Positions 30,916-41,612 of a stretch of 64,000 bases of DNA are shown here, piece by piece; position 1 is the stretch's first letter; every line of letters starts with the position of its first letter. The DNA is from Nitrospirota bacterium (GTDB lineage Bacteria; Nitrospirota; JACRHJ01), in assembly GCA_963733375.1 (NCBI GenBank), contig CAVTDB010000026.1, positions 128,001 through 192,000 on the forward strand, given 5' to 3'. The position numbers and the translations under genes are program-made. The notes beneath the pieces were generated by a model, which was not told where the DNA came from, ran no database searches, and saw only the letters and a list, made by a program, of their open reading frames with translations.

Positions 30916-31063
30916 TATGGCCTCCTATCAAATAAAAACCTTTTAAAATGCCTACTTAAATAAACCATCGTTAAGTCCGGTTGTCAATGAGCCACGGGGT
31001 TATTTTGTTGCCGGCATGCGGGTAGGGCCCCCAAAAACCCATTTTGAGCCGTTTTGGGAAACG

Positions 31064-31098
31064 AAAAAGGGGTTGCGCGTAACGCGCAACCCCTTTTT
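31064..31098. terminator. Terminator of the tRNA operon
   Basis: AAAAAGGGGTTGCGCG-TAA-CGCGCAACCCCTTTTT. Confidence 0.8.
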
Positions 31099-31103
31099 AA
31101 ATA

Positions 31104-31179
<76 letters not shown>

Positions 31180-31262
31180 ATAAATTTAAATTTTGATGAC
31201 CCGCGGATTAAGAAATGAGCAGGATGCTACAGTATAACTAATATCTGCACCCGGAAAAATTT

Positions 31263-31338
31263 TGGTGCGCCTGGAGGGAGTCGAACTCCCGACCACGGAT
31301 TCGGAGGCCGATGCTCTATCCAGCTGAGCTACAGGCGC
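31263..31338 (-). tRNA. tRNA-Arg(CCG), stem mismatches
   Basis: GCGCCTGTAGCTCAGCTGGATAGAGC..CT CCG AA..TTCGA..ACCA. Confidence 0.8.
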
Positions 31339-31411
31339 ATCTATTTCGGATTGCGGATTAGGCCTGTTTCAAGATTTCAATCCACATTTTGAAATCCGCA
31401 TTCCGGTTTCC

Positions 31412-31488
<77 letters not shown>

Positions 31489-31546
31489 ATGTCAAGCCTC
31501 AAAAACATCAGAGACGGCCAGATCGGCCGTCTCTACGATAAAAAAA

Positions 31547-31623
31547 TGGGGTGAGCGACGGGGCTTGAACCCGCGGCCACCAGGGCCACAACCTGGTGCT
31601 CTACCAACTGAGCTACGCCCACC
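31547..31623 (-). tRNA. tRNA-His(GTG)
   Basis: G-1; TT GTG GC anticodon loop; GGTTCAAGCCC; CCCA end. Confidence 0.93.
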
Positions 31624-31739
31624 ATGAAATTTAAGATTATGGATTTACCTTAGAATGAGGATTTTAAGAATTTAGTGTGACACGGATGTCAAGCTATACA
31701 ATCCCATCCACGATCCTGAACGTTCTGCATTATGATTAT

Positions 31740-31816
31740 TGGCGCGCCTGAAGGGATTCGAACCCCTGACCCACAGCTTAGAAGGCTGTTGCTCTATCCA
31801 CCTGAGCTACAGGCGC
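31740..31816 (-). tRNA. tRNA-Arg(TCT)
   Basis: ACAGC-CT TCT AA-GCTGT anticodon arm; GGTTCGAATCC; GCCA. Confidence 0.95.
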
Positions 31817-31861
31817 CCGGCTGGGACCGTTTGGCTTCGCCGACCAGTTTCCGTAGTTAAA

Positions 31862-31938
31862 TGGTCGGGGCGAGAGGATTTGAACCTCCGGCTTTCTGCT
31901 CCCAAAGCAGACGCGCTACCGGGCTGCGCCACGCCCCG
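31862..31938 (-). tRNA. tRNA-Pro(TGG)
   Basis: CGGGGCGTGGCGCAGCCCGGTAGCGC..TT TGG GA..GGTTCAAATCC..ACCA. Confidence 0.95.
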
Positions 31939-31951
31939 CTCAGAATGCAAA

Positions 31952-31980
31952 TTTATACACCAGCTATTGAATAATGTCAA
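31952..31980 (-). promoter_or_regulatory. Sigma70 promoter of the tRNA operon
   Basis: TTGACA-17 nt-TATAAA just upstream of tRNA-Pro. Confidence 0.75.
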
Positions 31981-32107
31981 CAGTTTTTGCACTGTAAAAA
32001 GTATAACATAACGCTTCCCCTTGCCCCTGCTATGCTAAGGCGCATACTTTTCATCTTCGGCCCCTTCGCGGGCAAGGTGGCTAAAGTAGCGGGAAGGGCA
32101 GGCGGAT

Positions 32108-33202
32108 TTACAGTACTGCCCCCAGGTCCTCGTACACTCCCTGCGATACGGGCGTCTGCCCGGAGCGGGCCACCAACAGCCTTTTCGCGCCGGGAAAGAA
32201 GATTACGCTCTGCACCGTCGTCCGGTTCCCGACCGGTTCGGCGGACAAAACGGAAACGGCGTCGGATACGGCGACTTTATCTTTTGACGCCAGGGCCATT
32301 ACGGAATCGTAACGCATTTTTGAGTACGCGTAGGAGAAATATTCCTCAGGCACGTCCGTCCTGGGCGGCTTTTTTACACTACCCTGAGAGCCGGCCATGA
32401 GGGGGGTCTCAAAGTGGTTCGTGCAGGCGAGGATGTTATCCGGCGCGCTTCTTGAGACTACCTGCCTGGCGGAAACCTCAAGCACCCGCGCGTCTTCCGG
32501 CGATGCGATCAGTAGATTTTTGCCCACTGTGCGCTTTGCTTTGCGTAGGATATCCTCCATCTCGTCCAGCGTCCGGCTTTGCTGTATCGCGATGCGGTTT
32601 TGCAGCAGGGCGGGCGTGCCTTTCAGTGTCCTGTCGCGGGACAGAGAAGTCAGGTCTGCGATGAAGAGGCCGGAGGCATTCATCCCCGTGACGACGGCGC
32701 AGAATCCGGGCCATGCGACGGAGACGAACGGCTGGCCCTTTTCAGGGTGAATTTTGAATACGGTGTTGAGTGTTGGAAGCGTATCGTGGAACAGGGGATA
32801 GTCGAGGTTCCGGGCCACGAATAGCTGTCCGTTTTCCGAGCGGGATGCGGGGACGGCGAACGACGAGCAGGCGAGGTTCACCAATACGTCGTCCAAGGCG
32901 TTTATCAGAAAGATAAATTTGAAGCTCTGCCCGGAGCCTTCCGCAACGCCGCGCATCTCGTCGATCAATTCGTCCGGGACATACCGCACCATCCTCAAAG
33001 CAAGCTTCTCAAAATACCAGAGAAGAAACCTCCCGCCGATGCCGAGGGAGATGGAGGACAGATAATCCATCAGCCGCTTTTTCATCAAGGCGATCTCCGG
33101 CGCAAACGCCTTCCCGTGCGCGAGACCTATCTCGCGAGGGGAGCCGGAAAGCTCGATTACCGTGAGGCCGGGGAGACGTTTGACGATGCGGTTTTCGTTC
33201 AT
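32108..33202 (-). CDS. C45 family autoproteolytic acyltransferase/peptidase (Ntn hydrolase)
   Basis: ACSSF nucleophile Cys, ARNLDY, TGMNASG, TNHF. Confidence 0.85.
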   Translation of the reverse strand: MNENRIVKRLPGLTVIELSGSPREIGLAHGKAFAPEIALMKKRLMDYLSSISLGIGGRFLLWYFEKLALRMVRYVPDELIDEMRGVAEGSGQSFKFIFLINALDDVLVNLACSSFAVPASRSENGQLFVARNLDYPLFHDTLPTLNTVFKIHPEKGQPFVSVAWPGFCAVVTGMNASGLFIADLTSLSRDRTLKGTPALLQNRIAIQQSRTLDEMEDILRKAKRTVGKNLLIASPEDARVLEVSARQVVSRSAPDNILACTNHFETPLMAGSQGSVKKPPRTDVPEEYFSYAYSKMRYDSVMALASKDKVAVSDAVSVLSAEPVGNRTTVQSVIFFPGAKRLLVARSGQTPVSQGVYEDLGAVL

Positions 33203-33225
33203 TTGTTTATTCTATCATTGAACGG

Positions 33226-33263
33226 AAAAAAAAAAGCCCGCAACGAAAAATTGCGGGCTTTTT
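33226..33263. terminator. Bidirectional terminator
   Basis: A10-GCCCGCAA-CGAAAAA-TTGCGGGC-TTTTT. Confidence 0.7.
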
Positions 33264-33339
33264 ATTTAACCCTCTCCCGGGAACCCATTCATATTGGTCG
33301 GTGGGAGAGGCAGGGAGAGGGTGAAAATCCTACTGCGTC

Positions 33340-34296
33340 GGGATCCTGGTCACGCTGTTGTTCCCTGGTTCGTCACCCAGAATTGGCGCCGTCATAGGCT
33401 ATGCTACAGGGATATTACCCCGACGGGGTAAGTGCCCAGGACGGCCTCCGTCGCTGGCGCGCAACTTTGCTTACGTCACTCACGGGTGCTTGTCGTCAGC
33501 GTTAGCCACCCACATATGTGCGCCGTCGAAGGCTATGCCCTAGGGGTCCGACTCCCCACTTGTAGGTGCCGGGGATGGTGCCGTGCTGGGACTACGGTCC
33601 CGGTCACGGAAGCAGCGGTAGCTGCCGGTGCTGTTGCCAAAGTTAGTCACCCACATATCGCGTGCCGTCGAAGGCCATGCCCGCGGGGGACGAAAGGCCC
33701 CGCAGGGGCCGGTAGTAGGCCCTTCGGTGGCCCAAAGCCGTGGCGGTCGCCACGGTCACGGAGTCGTTGCTAAAGTTTGCCACCCAGATATTCGTACCGT
33801 CGAAGGCTAAGGCATCGGGCCGGGGCCCCACCGCAGACTGGGCACCGGCGACGCGCGCCACCACTGTCGGCGTACGACCCGGACGCGCGTGCTTGGTTAC
33901 GCCCCCCTCGTTCGTCACCCAGACTATGTCCGTCGAAGGCTACGGCATTGGGAGCATCCCCCACTGCCATGGGGCTCCCGGTTAGCTGGGTCCCGTCACT
34001 GGCGTTAAATGCGGCCACGCTGTTGCTACGCCTGGTTCGCCACCCAGATATGCGTGCCGTCGAAGGCTATGCCGACTGGGGAGGCACGGTCCCCTTCCCA
34101 CGGTAACAGGGCCAAAGCTCACGGGAACCCCGGTGCTGGCGTGCAGCTCGGTCACGGTCGTTGTCGTGCTCGTGTTCGCCACCCAGATGTTCGTGCCGTC
34201 GAAGGCTATGCCCTGGTGGAGCTGGATCCGATTCCGGTCGTGATGTGTCTGAGGATACCATTGCAGTGTCGCCGCCCTCTCATTTCCTAAGGCCAA
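33340..34296 (-). pseudogene. Degraded beta-propeller repeat gene (xAFDGxxIWVAN repeats)
   Basis: About 6 copies of GCCTTCGACGGCAC..ATxTGGGTGGC in different frames; may be sequencing error rather than decay. Confidence 0.6.
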
Positions 34297-34507
34297 TCAA
34301 TATATAAATGGCTTATGCCCCGAATTTTATCGCGCATCAAAAAAGCGGCCTTTTTTGCCGTTTACGACGCTATTTCGGGGGTCAGGGAGGGGTTTTTGAG
34401 ACACGTGTTTTAAAGGGGCCGGAGGGATTATTTCCTTTATATAATAAGGAGTTGCGTCCTATTTTCGGCCCGTTTTCGGATGGCGGAAAATCGGGTTCCT
34501 GATTCTG

Positions 34508-34520
34508 CAACTAATTGATA
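34508..34520 (-). promoter_or_regulatory. IHF-like binding site
   Basis: TATCAATTAGTTG matches WATCAANNNNTTR in an AT-rich intergenic region. Confidence 0.3.
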
Positions 34521-34588
34521 TAAAAGGATATTTTTTAACGGCTAATAAGCGGTTTTCCGTTTCCGGCGAGGATATATATGGAAGATAT

Positions 34589-35167
34589 TTATCTGACCAG
34601 TTCCCGTCCCGTCTCGTACGCCTCTTTCATCGCCGTGAGATGGGATTTTATCTCGCCCTTATCGTCGATTTTTCCGTACAGGAGGTTCTTCCATGGCACG
34701 ACGCCTACCGCGTCGAAGAAATATTTCATCGTGAATACCGCGCCGTCGAACGCGCCCGGCACTCCGGAGCCCGCGGTGGATATGAAAACTCCGCGCCTCT
34801 GTAGGCTGCCGCGGTACTGCGGCACAGGCTCCTTCAGAATGTATTTCTTCGCCCAGAAGCACTGGCAGCGGTCGATTAAGGTTTTAGCCCAGGCCGTGAC
34901 GCCCATGAAGTAGATAGGGGAGGCGAGGACGATATGGTCGGCTTCGACTATTTTATCGTAGATGGGCTGGAAGGCGTCCTCCACCTCGCACCGCCCGGTC
35001 TTGAAGCACCGGTTGCAGGAGATGCACGGGTCAAACCGGACCTTGCGGACCTGTATAAGCTCCGTATCCGCGCCAGCGTCAGACGCCCCGCGCAGGAGTT
35101 CCTTTAAAAGAAGCTCCGTATTTCCGTTTACCCTTGGGCTTCCCGAAAAACCTAAAACTTTCATCAT
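34589..35167 (-). CDS. Iron-sulfur flavoprotein / flavodoxin family
   Basis: GSPRVNGNT, CISCNRC....C, ASPIYF, IDRCQ. Confidence 0.85.
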   Translation of the reverse strand: MMKVLGFSGSPRVNGNTELLLKELLRGASDAGADTELIQVRKVRFDPCISCNRCFKTGRCEVEDAFQPIYDKIVEADHIVLASPIYFMGVTAWAKTLIDRCQCFWAKKYILKEPVPQYRGSLQRRGVFISTAGSGVPGAFDGAVFTMKYFFDAVGVVPWKNLLYGKIDDKGEIKSHLTAMKEAYETGRELVR

Positions 35168-35186
35168 GCTCTCATGAAATCCCCGT

Positions 35187-35513
35187 CTATTTTACCGACC
35201 TGATGTACATGACGAGCGAGTCCATCCTCGCGGAATTTTCCGGCAGAGGCTTGCCCTTCAAATTTCCCTCTATGCAGCCGTTAATTACATTTTTAAGGCT
35301 GGCGTCATCCGGGTGTTTGGCGGCGTCTTTCTTGATGTTCTCATCCGTGTTATGGCAGGACGCGCATGATTTTCCATTCGTTCCGAGGGATGGGTCGTTG
35401 AAAAGCTTCTTTCCAACCGCGACGGAAGGCGGATTATCTGCATAAGCCACATATGACCCGTGACAAAACGCGATAACGGCCAATGCAGCCCAGACAAGCG
35501 AGATATGTTTCAT
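35187..35513 (-). CDS. Monoheme cytochrome c
   Basis: Signal peptide; GKKLFNDP; CASCH; INGCI. Confidence 0.8.
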   Translation of the reverse strand: MKHISLVWAALAVIAFCHGSYVAYADNPPSVAVGKKLFNDPSLGTNGKSCASCHNTDENIKKDAAKHPDDASLKNVINGCIEGNLKGKPLPENSARMDSLVMYIRSVK

Positions 35514-35613
35514 TGGATGGTCCCTCCTGAAAATGTAGACACCGATTCATTGGGCGGTTTGTAAAAACGCCGAAAACTGGCCTGATTAAAGATTATTATA
35601 GCAGAGAGCGGAA

Positions 35614-36522
35614 TTATGGGTTGCACTTCCCGCAGATGGACTTGAATAACGTGGTGCTCAGGTAGCGGTCGCCCCTGTCCGGGAACAGGGTGACGACGGT
35701 GCCGGATTTAAGATTTTTTGCTATCTGGATTGCCCCGGCCATCGCCGCACCGGAAGACATCCCGACGAATATGCCTTCTTTAAGAGCTAAGTCGCGGGCG
35801 GTTTCGTAGGCCAGGTCATCCTGGACGACTATTGTGTCATCCAGTTTTGATGGATCGAAAATACTTGGGACGATTGCCTCTTTCATGTTCTTAAGACCCT
35901 GGATCTTGTGTCCCTTGATAGGCTCGACGCCGATTATTTTAATAGAAGAGTCATATTCTTTCAGCCTTTTCCCCACGCCCATAATAGTTCCCGTGGTCCC
36001 GATACCGGCGACGAACGCGGCGATATCTCCCCGTGTCTGATTATATATCTCCGGCCCGGTGGTCTCGTAATGGGCGCTGACGTTGTAGCCATTTGCGAAC
36101 TGGTTCGGCATGAAATATATTTCGGGTGCGGCATCCAGTATCTTGTGCGCCTCGCGTATCGCCCCATCCGTACCCTCTTCCGCCTTCGTCAGGACGATCT
36201 CCGCCCCCAGGGCCTCGAGGATACTTCTGCGCTCCATCGATACGCACGCCGGCATTGTTAATTTCAGGCGATATCCTTTGGCCGCGGCTACCATGGCAAG
36301 CCCAATGCCGGTATTGCCGGAGGTTGCTTCCAGTATTATCTTATCCCTGGTCAGAACGCCCTGCTCCTCCGCCTTCAGTATCATATACAGGGCAGGCCTG
36401 TCCTTGACGGAGCCGCCGGGATTCGCGCCTTCCAGCTTCGCCATTATACGGACATTCGGGTTCGGGTTTATGTTCCTTATCTCGACCAGGGGGGTATTCC
36501 CTATGGAGTCCAGTACGCTCAT
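35614..36522 (-). CDS. cysM: Cysteine synthase B-type (PLP)
   Basis: IGNTPLV, KLEGANPGGSVKDR, TSGNTG, GTTGT, IQG, PDRGDRYLST. Confidence 0.85.
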   Translation of the reverse strand: MSVLDSIGNTPLVEIRNINPNPNVRIMAKLEGANPGGSVKDRPALYMILKAEEQGVLTRDKIILEATSGNTGIGLAMVAAAKGYRLKLTMPACVSMERRSILEALGAEIVLTKAEEGTDGAIREAHKILDAAPEIYFMPNQFANGYNVSAHYETTGPEIYNQTRGDIAAFVAGIGTTGTIMGVGKRLKEYDSSIKIIGVEPIKGHKIQGLKNMKEAIVPSIFDPSKLDDTIVVQDDLAYETARDLALKEGIFVGMSSGAAMAGAIQIAKNLKSGTVVTLFPDRGDRYLSTTLFKSICGKCNP

Positions 36523-36567
36523 CTGCTGCCGTCCTTTCAAAAAAGTTCCTACAATGAATCCATTATC

Positions 36568-36596
36568 AGTATAAATTCATGGACAGAAGGTGTCAA
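36568..36596 (-). promoter_or_regulatory. Sigma70 promoter of cysM
   Basis: TTGACA-17 nt-TATACT. Confidence 0.65.
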
Positions 36597-36702
36597 CTTC
36601 CGTTTAAACGCAAAAGAGGGGCTTTTAGCCCCTCCCTTTGCGGAATCGCAAGTGACGGTGTCCCGGAAATTCTGCGGAATTGTGAATTCTGTCGCCGTAA
36701 TT

Positions 36703-38390
36703 CTATTTCATGAAAATTAAGGTGATGCGTTTTTTTAAGTCAACTGCAGGGGGAACGGATGTCTTTATATTAATTTTATCCTTTGGTGGTGTTCCGAATT
36801 TAACTTCAAAAGGTATACCGCTCTTTGTTTTTACCAGTGGCTGCATCGATAGTGGAACCGAACTCTGGCTATAGAACGTTATATAACAAACATCCGCCCA
36901 GTCCCAACCAGTAGCATTAGGACCGGTATTACTACTGTCGCTGTATGCCAAATTGCCTCTGAAGGTATAATTACTCTCCAAGTCAGTACCTTCATTAAGC
37001 TTGACATTAACGGTATAATTACTCGGGCTGTTGCCGTGGTCGCTGTAATAATGAAGCCTTACGTAATAGGGGCTGTCAAGGCTAAGGGTGTCCGTGTCCA
37101 TGAGAGTCCAGTGTTCCGGGCCGTAACCAGTAGTGCAGTCATAATCAAGTTCGCCACCGTCGGCGGTAACTTTATGATAGTAGCATGAATAATCACCGGT
37201 AGGATCTATGACATACGTGTCGATATCCGTATCGTAAGTATCCACGTGGTGGTGACTAGTATGAGAGATTTAGGAAGGTTAAGATTAAGCACAAAACCGC
37301 TGTATTCGATATTGTTGTGAAGCGTTATTGGCCTAAACTTTTGCTCTGACAGGCTGTATACATCCCCGGTTGTTACAAATTGCAGATAATTATCACCGCT
37401 TACGAGATTAACGGCCACGGAAAAATCCCCGTTTGGGGCTACGTCCGTTTTATAACATGTATCTCCTACGAATACCTCCAAACTGTTTACTAAGATATCG
37501 CCGCTGTTTTCAATATTGCCGTCAATAAAATGTGCGGTGGAACTGCTGACAGAAACGGGTGAAGTGATATTTATTGTTACTGGTACACCGTCACTCATAA
37601 TATCTTCATAATTTTCGAAACGAATAGAACCGTCACCGCATATCTGATTAGATCATAACTACCACCAAACCCCAAAGTATGAATAGCATCAAAGTATTAT
37701 TTGCATAATTATATTTTATGCTTCTATTTTCGCCTGGTAAATTTGGGTCATATATCAATATTTCCCCTGAAGGGCCATTCACCCATAGGCAAGGACGGAA
37801 TGAGTATCACGTTGATTACTATCTTTGTGTCCAATAATATAAACACGGGATTTTGTGTGTCTTTAATATTTTTATATATTAAATTGAAAGTATCTTATCG
37901 TCTAACTTGTTGATTATCATCAAAAGGTTCTGAAGGTACGAAACCATCTGCTGAATTGAAGTTTCTGCCTTATAGAATTAAATCTTGCCAGTAAGCGCTG
38001 TTCATCACGTTAGCCACTATATTCATATAATTAGGGGTAAATGCCAAGGTTGCCTTTTTGCTCATAAAATACCATAATGAGAAAGAAGTCATTCCGAAAC
38101 ATTATTGGACGGGTAAGCGTTATTATTTTTTTGAATCCATCGTCCGCTGGATGATATTTGTAGGACATTTCATAACCGTAATTCGTAGGCGATTTCATTC
38201 CATGTGTAAGACGCTGAAATGTATCTGTAAATGTGTGGGCTACCGGTCATATTTATTAACTGGACAGGGCGTAGAATTGCCTTGATGTCACGTATATGGC
38301 GCGTACATTGTTCCCGTCATCGGCAAATGGTACCGTTACCTGTACAGGCTGATCAACTGATATACTACCGGAACATTAATATAAAGAAGT
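36703..38390 (-). pseudogene. AT-rich, fragmented gene with C-terminal YfaP/DUF2135-like domain
   Basis: Fragments 36703-37245 (DIDTYVIDPTG..LDYDCTTGYGPEH) and 37206-37598; upstream part has no long frame; GC far below neighbours. Confidence 0.5.
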
Positions 38391-38392
38391 TT

Positions 38393-39478
38393 GGGCGGCA
38401 CGCGCGGAAAAGCGCCAGACGCGACAGGAGACCAGGCGGACGGCGCGCCGGGGGAACCAGACGGCGACGGCGGCCGCGCGGCCACGCCGGAAAGCGGGAC
38501 GGGGGCACCGGACAAGCCGACGCGAAGCAACGAGCGCCCAAGAGGAGCGGGAAAGAGCAGCCGCGGAGGAGCAAGAGGGAGAGGAGGGACAAAGACAGCC
38601 GGGAGCAAGAAGAGAGAGCAGCGGAGCCGCCCCAGGGAAGGAAGCCGGGCGAAAAGGCAGCGGGCCCGCGGCGAACACACCACCCGGCCGCGGACAGAAA
38701 GACGGCCGAAGCGCGGCCGCACGCAAACGGAGAGACAAAACGGGGCCAAGCGCCGGCAGCCACAGAGCACCCACGGCCAGCGGCACAACGACGCGCAACA
38801 GAAGGACACGCCAGCGGCCCGCGACAAAGGAACGACCCCAGAACGGGGGGGGAAGGACGGAACGCCAGGGCAGGCGCGCCCGACAAACGACCCGGCACCA
38901 AGCCGCCCCCAGCGCAGAGGGCGACCGGCAGGCCGCGGACGAAAAAGGCGCGACCGCAGGCCGGCAAGCGAAAAAACAAAAGGAAAAAACACGCCCGGCA
39001 GAACGGGCGCGGACCAACACGCCCCAGGACAGCGAAACACACGAAGGCCGAAAGAAACCAGCCGGCCGCACCAGCGGAAACCAACACCGGGCCGACCGAC
39101 AACAGCAGCGCAGGCAAGGGCCGGGAAGGCGGGCGACGAGCACGCGCGAACCCGCACCGACGCACGCGAGGACGCCAGCGCCCACGGGGCCAGCGCCGGG
39201 CCGGGCCCAGGCCCACGGCCCCACGCCGACACCAGACAGGCCAGGGCACGGCAAGACCAGAACAACAACGAACAAGAGGAAAGCGGAGAAACAAAACAAC
39301 AAGACAAAGACCAACACAGAAAAGCAAAAAGCGGGCACAGGGCAGGGAGGAAGAAGAAAGGAGGAAAAAGAAGAAAGAAAGAAGGGGAGGAAAAAGAAAA
39401 AAGAAAAAAAAGAGAGGGGAAAAAAAGAAAAAAAAAAAAAAAAGAGAAAAAAAAAAGGGAAAAAAAGAAAAGAAAAAA
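38393..39478. other. 1086-nt stretch with no T on the + strand (probable sequencing/consensus artefact)
   Basis: Only A, C and G from 38393 to 39478, ending in a pure A/G run. Confidence 0.85.
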
Positions 39479-39482
39479 TTCA

Positions 39483-39511
39483 TGGACAACCCTGTCAACC
39501 GAAGTTATAAT
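39483..39511 (+). promoter_or_regulatory. Sigma70 promoter of dsrN (near-leaderless)
   Basis: TGGACA-17 nt-TATAAT, 8 nt before ATG 39520. Confidence 0.55.
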
Positions 39512-39519
39512 GGCACGTT

Positions 39520-40890
39520 ATGTATTTATCTATTCCAAGACTCACGATATCAGCCCCGCACCGGAGCTCCGGCAAAAGCACCGTCACTATCGGCCTGTGC
39601 GCCGCGCTTTCGGCAAGGGGCCTGAAAGTGCAGCCGTTCAAGAAAGGCCCGGATTTCATAGACCCCATGTGGCACGAGGCCGCGACGGGCAGGCCGTCAT
39701 ATAACCTTGATTTTTTTATGATGGGCCCTGAAAAGATAGAAAAAAGCTTCCAAAAACGTGCGAAAGGCGCCGATATATCCATAATAGAGGGCAACATGGG
39801 CCTCTATGACGGGATAGATATAGAGGGATCGGACTCCACGGCGGGCTTGGCAAGGCTCCTTAAATCGCCCGTCATCCTGGTGGTCGACTGCTCCGGCATG
39901 ACCAGGGGTATTGCCCCGCTGGTCAACGGGTTCTGCAAATTCGAGCCGGAGACTAACGTCGCCGGGATTATCCTTAATAAGGTAAAAGGTTCAAGGCATG
40001 AAAAGAAGCTCCGGGAGGCTGTAGAGCGTTTTTGCGGAGTGCCGGTGCTTGGTGCGCTGCCGCACCAGGAGGAAATGGGCATCAGAATGCGCCACCTCGG
40101 ACTTGTTCCCCTGAAGGAAGAGGAAGGGCTCCTGCCGGTGGTTACGGAGATGCAGAAGGTCATAACCGAAAATCTGGACCTTGATAGGGTAATCGACATA
40201 GCCTCTTCCGCCCAATCCCTTGAGGAACTTCCGCAGGAGGATATATTAATTCCGGAGCCGGTGGTCCGTATAGGGGTGGCGATGGATAGGGCGTTTACCT
40301 TCTATTATCCGGAGAATTTAGAAGGGCTGCGGGCGGCCGGTGCGGAATTGGTTCCCTTTTCACCGCTTGAGGACAAGGACCTGCCTGCGGTGGACGCGCT
40401 ATATATAGGAGGGGGGTTCCCTGAAGTTCATATGGAAGCCCTGGAAAAAAACGCCTCTATGCGGAAAGCGGTAAAGGATGCCGCAGAGGGGGGTATGCCT
40501 GTTTACGCCGAGTGCGGGGGGTTGATGTACCTTTGCGGCAGCCTTGTCTGGGAGGGGCTGATGTGCCGGATGGCGGAGGTTTTTCCCTGCGCCATAAGGA
40601 TGTCGAAGCGGCCCATGGGCCACGGCTACGTCCTGCTCCGTCCGACGGCGGAGGGCTCCTGGCCCGTCTTTGCCGAAGAGATAAGGGCGCACGAGTTCCA
40701 TCACTCCAGTATTGACAGGGCGGGTGAGGATATAAAATTCGCTTTTCAGGTCCTTAGGGGCAGGGGAGTGGACGGCAGCCATGACGGGATGGTCTATAAA
40801 AATGTCCTGGCGGCGTATACGCACATACATTCCCTTGGGACGCCGGGGTGGGCCCCGTCTTTCGTGCAGTTCGTAAAAAGCATATGTTAA
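39520..40890 (+). CDS. dsrN: Siroheme amidase / cobyrinate a,c-diamide synthase homolog
   Basis: SSGKST, FKKGPDFID, IEGNMGLYDG, GGGFPE, YAECGGLMYL, HEFH; located directly before dsrC. Confidence 0.85.
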   Translation: MYLSIPRLTISAPHRSSGKSTVTIGLCAALSARGLKVQPFKKGPDFIDPMWHEAATGRPSYNLDFFMMGPEKIEKSFQKRAKGADISIIEGNMGLYDGIDIEGSDSTAGLARLLKSPVILVVDCSGMTRGIAPLVNGFCKFEPETNVAGIILNKVKGSRHEKKLREAVERFCGVPVLGALPHQEEMGIRMRHLGLVPLKEEEGLLPVVTEMQKVITENLDLDRVIDIASSAQSLEELPQEDILIPEPVVRIGVAMDRAFTFYYPENLEGLRAAGAELVPFSPLEDKDLPAVDALYIGGGFPEVHMEALEKNASMRKAVKDAAEGGMPVYAECGGLMYLCGSLVWEGLMCRMAEVFPCAIRMSKRPMGHGYVLLRPTAEGSWPVFAEEIRAHEFHHSSIDRAGEDIKFAFQVLRGRGVDGSHDGMVYKNVLAAYTHIHSLGTPGWAPSFVQFVKSIC

Positions 40891-41191
40891 AACCTATTAA
40901 TTAAAATTATAATGACTTTAAAATTATCTATATAGTCACTTTTCAAAAAAGCTTGACAAACGCGCTTTGACGGACTTATAGTATCACTGAAAATAAACAG
41001 CGTTTTAAAATTAACCCTTAAGTAGTATAACCTTCGGCAATAAAACGCAAAGTTTATAATTTCCCGTCTGTCCATTCAGGCTCAATTAAGGTCTGAAAAC
41101 AAGATAGAATGACCAAGTATTTTAAAGAATCACAGGTGTCGATGGGGCGTCTGTGGGTGACAGGGTAACTCTCTAACAGGAGGTAAGTAAG

Positions 41192-41527
41192 ATGCCGAAT
41201 ATCGAATTTAAGGGCAGATCCTATGAAGTGGACGAGGACGGGTATCTCATTAACCTGGACGACTGGAACGAAGATGTCGCGGGTTATTTAGCGGAGCAGG
41301 AAGAAGTCGAGATGACCCCCGCCCACTGGGAAGTGGTCAACTTCCTCAGGGATTACTACGCCGAATACAAAATAGCCCCGATGATCAAGATCTTGGTCAA
41401 GGCCCTGGGCGCGAAACTCGGACCGGAGAAGGGCAACACGAAGTACCTTTACGAGCTCTATCCGGCCGGACCCGCGAAGCAGGCTTGCAAGATCGCAGGG
41501 CTTCCCAAACCGACCGGCTGCGTATAA
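41192..41527 (+). CDS. dsrC: Sulfur carrier DsrC (both C-terminal Cys)
   Basis: GPAKQACKIAGLPKPTGCV (Cys-X10-Cys). Confidence 0.97.
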   Translation: MPNIEFKGRSYEVDEDGYLINLDDWNEDVAGYLAEQEEVEMTPAHWEVVNFLRDYYAEYKIAPMIKILVKALGAKLGPEKGNTKYLYELYPAGPAKQACKIAGLPKPTGCV

Positions 41528-41549
41528 GGCAATCGGAAACGTTCCCCTG

Positions 41550-41579
41550 TCCCGTCCCGCCTGAAAAGGCGGGACGGGA
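41550..41579 (+). other. 13-bp GC stem-loop with GAAA loop between dsrC and dsrM
   Basis: TCCCGTCCCGCCT-GAAA-AGGCGGGACGGGA, no U-tract. Confidence 0.7.
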
Positions 41580-41612
41580 TAAGCGTCAACCGGTCTGGAA
41601 GGAAGGATATCG

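Noticed and set aside
31739-32011. ORFs 31739-32011 and 31807-31992
   Set aside because: They overlap tRNA-Arg and tRNA-Pro genes
33340-34296. Regularly spaced GTGCCGTCGAAGGCTATGCC repeats as CRISPR or a DGR template
   Set aside because: They translate on the minus strand to AFDGxxIWVAN propeller blades at ~130-bp spacing; no reverse transcriptase nearby
38231-39704. Five long overlapping ORFs (320-464 aa) on both strands
   Set aside because: They arise because the T-less stretch cannot encode stop codons; translations are low-complexity nonsense
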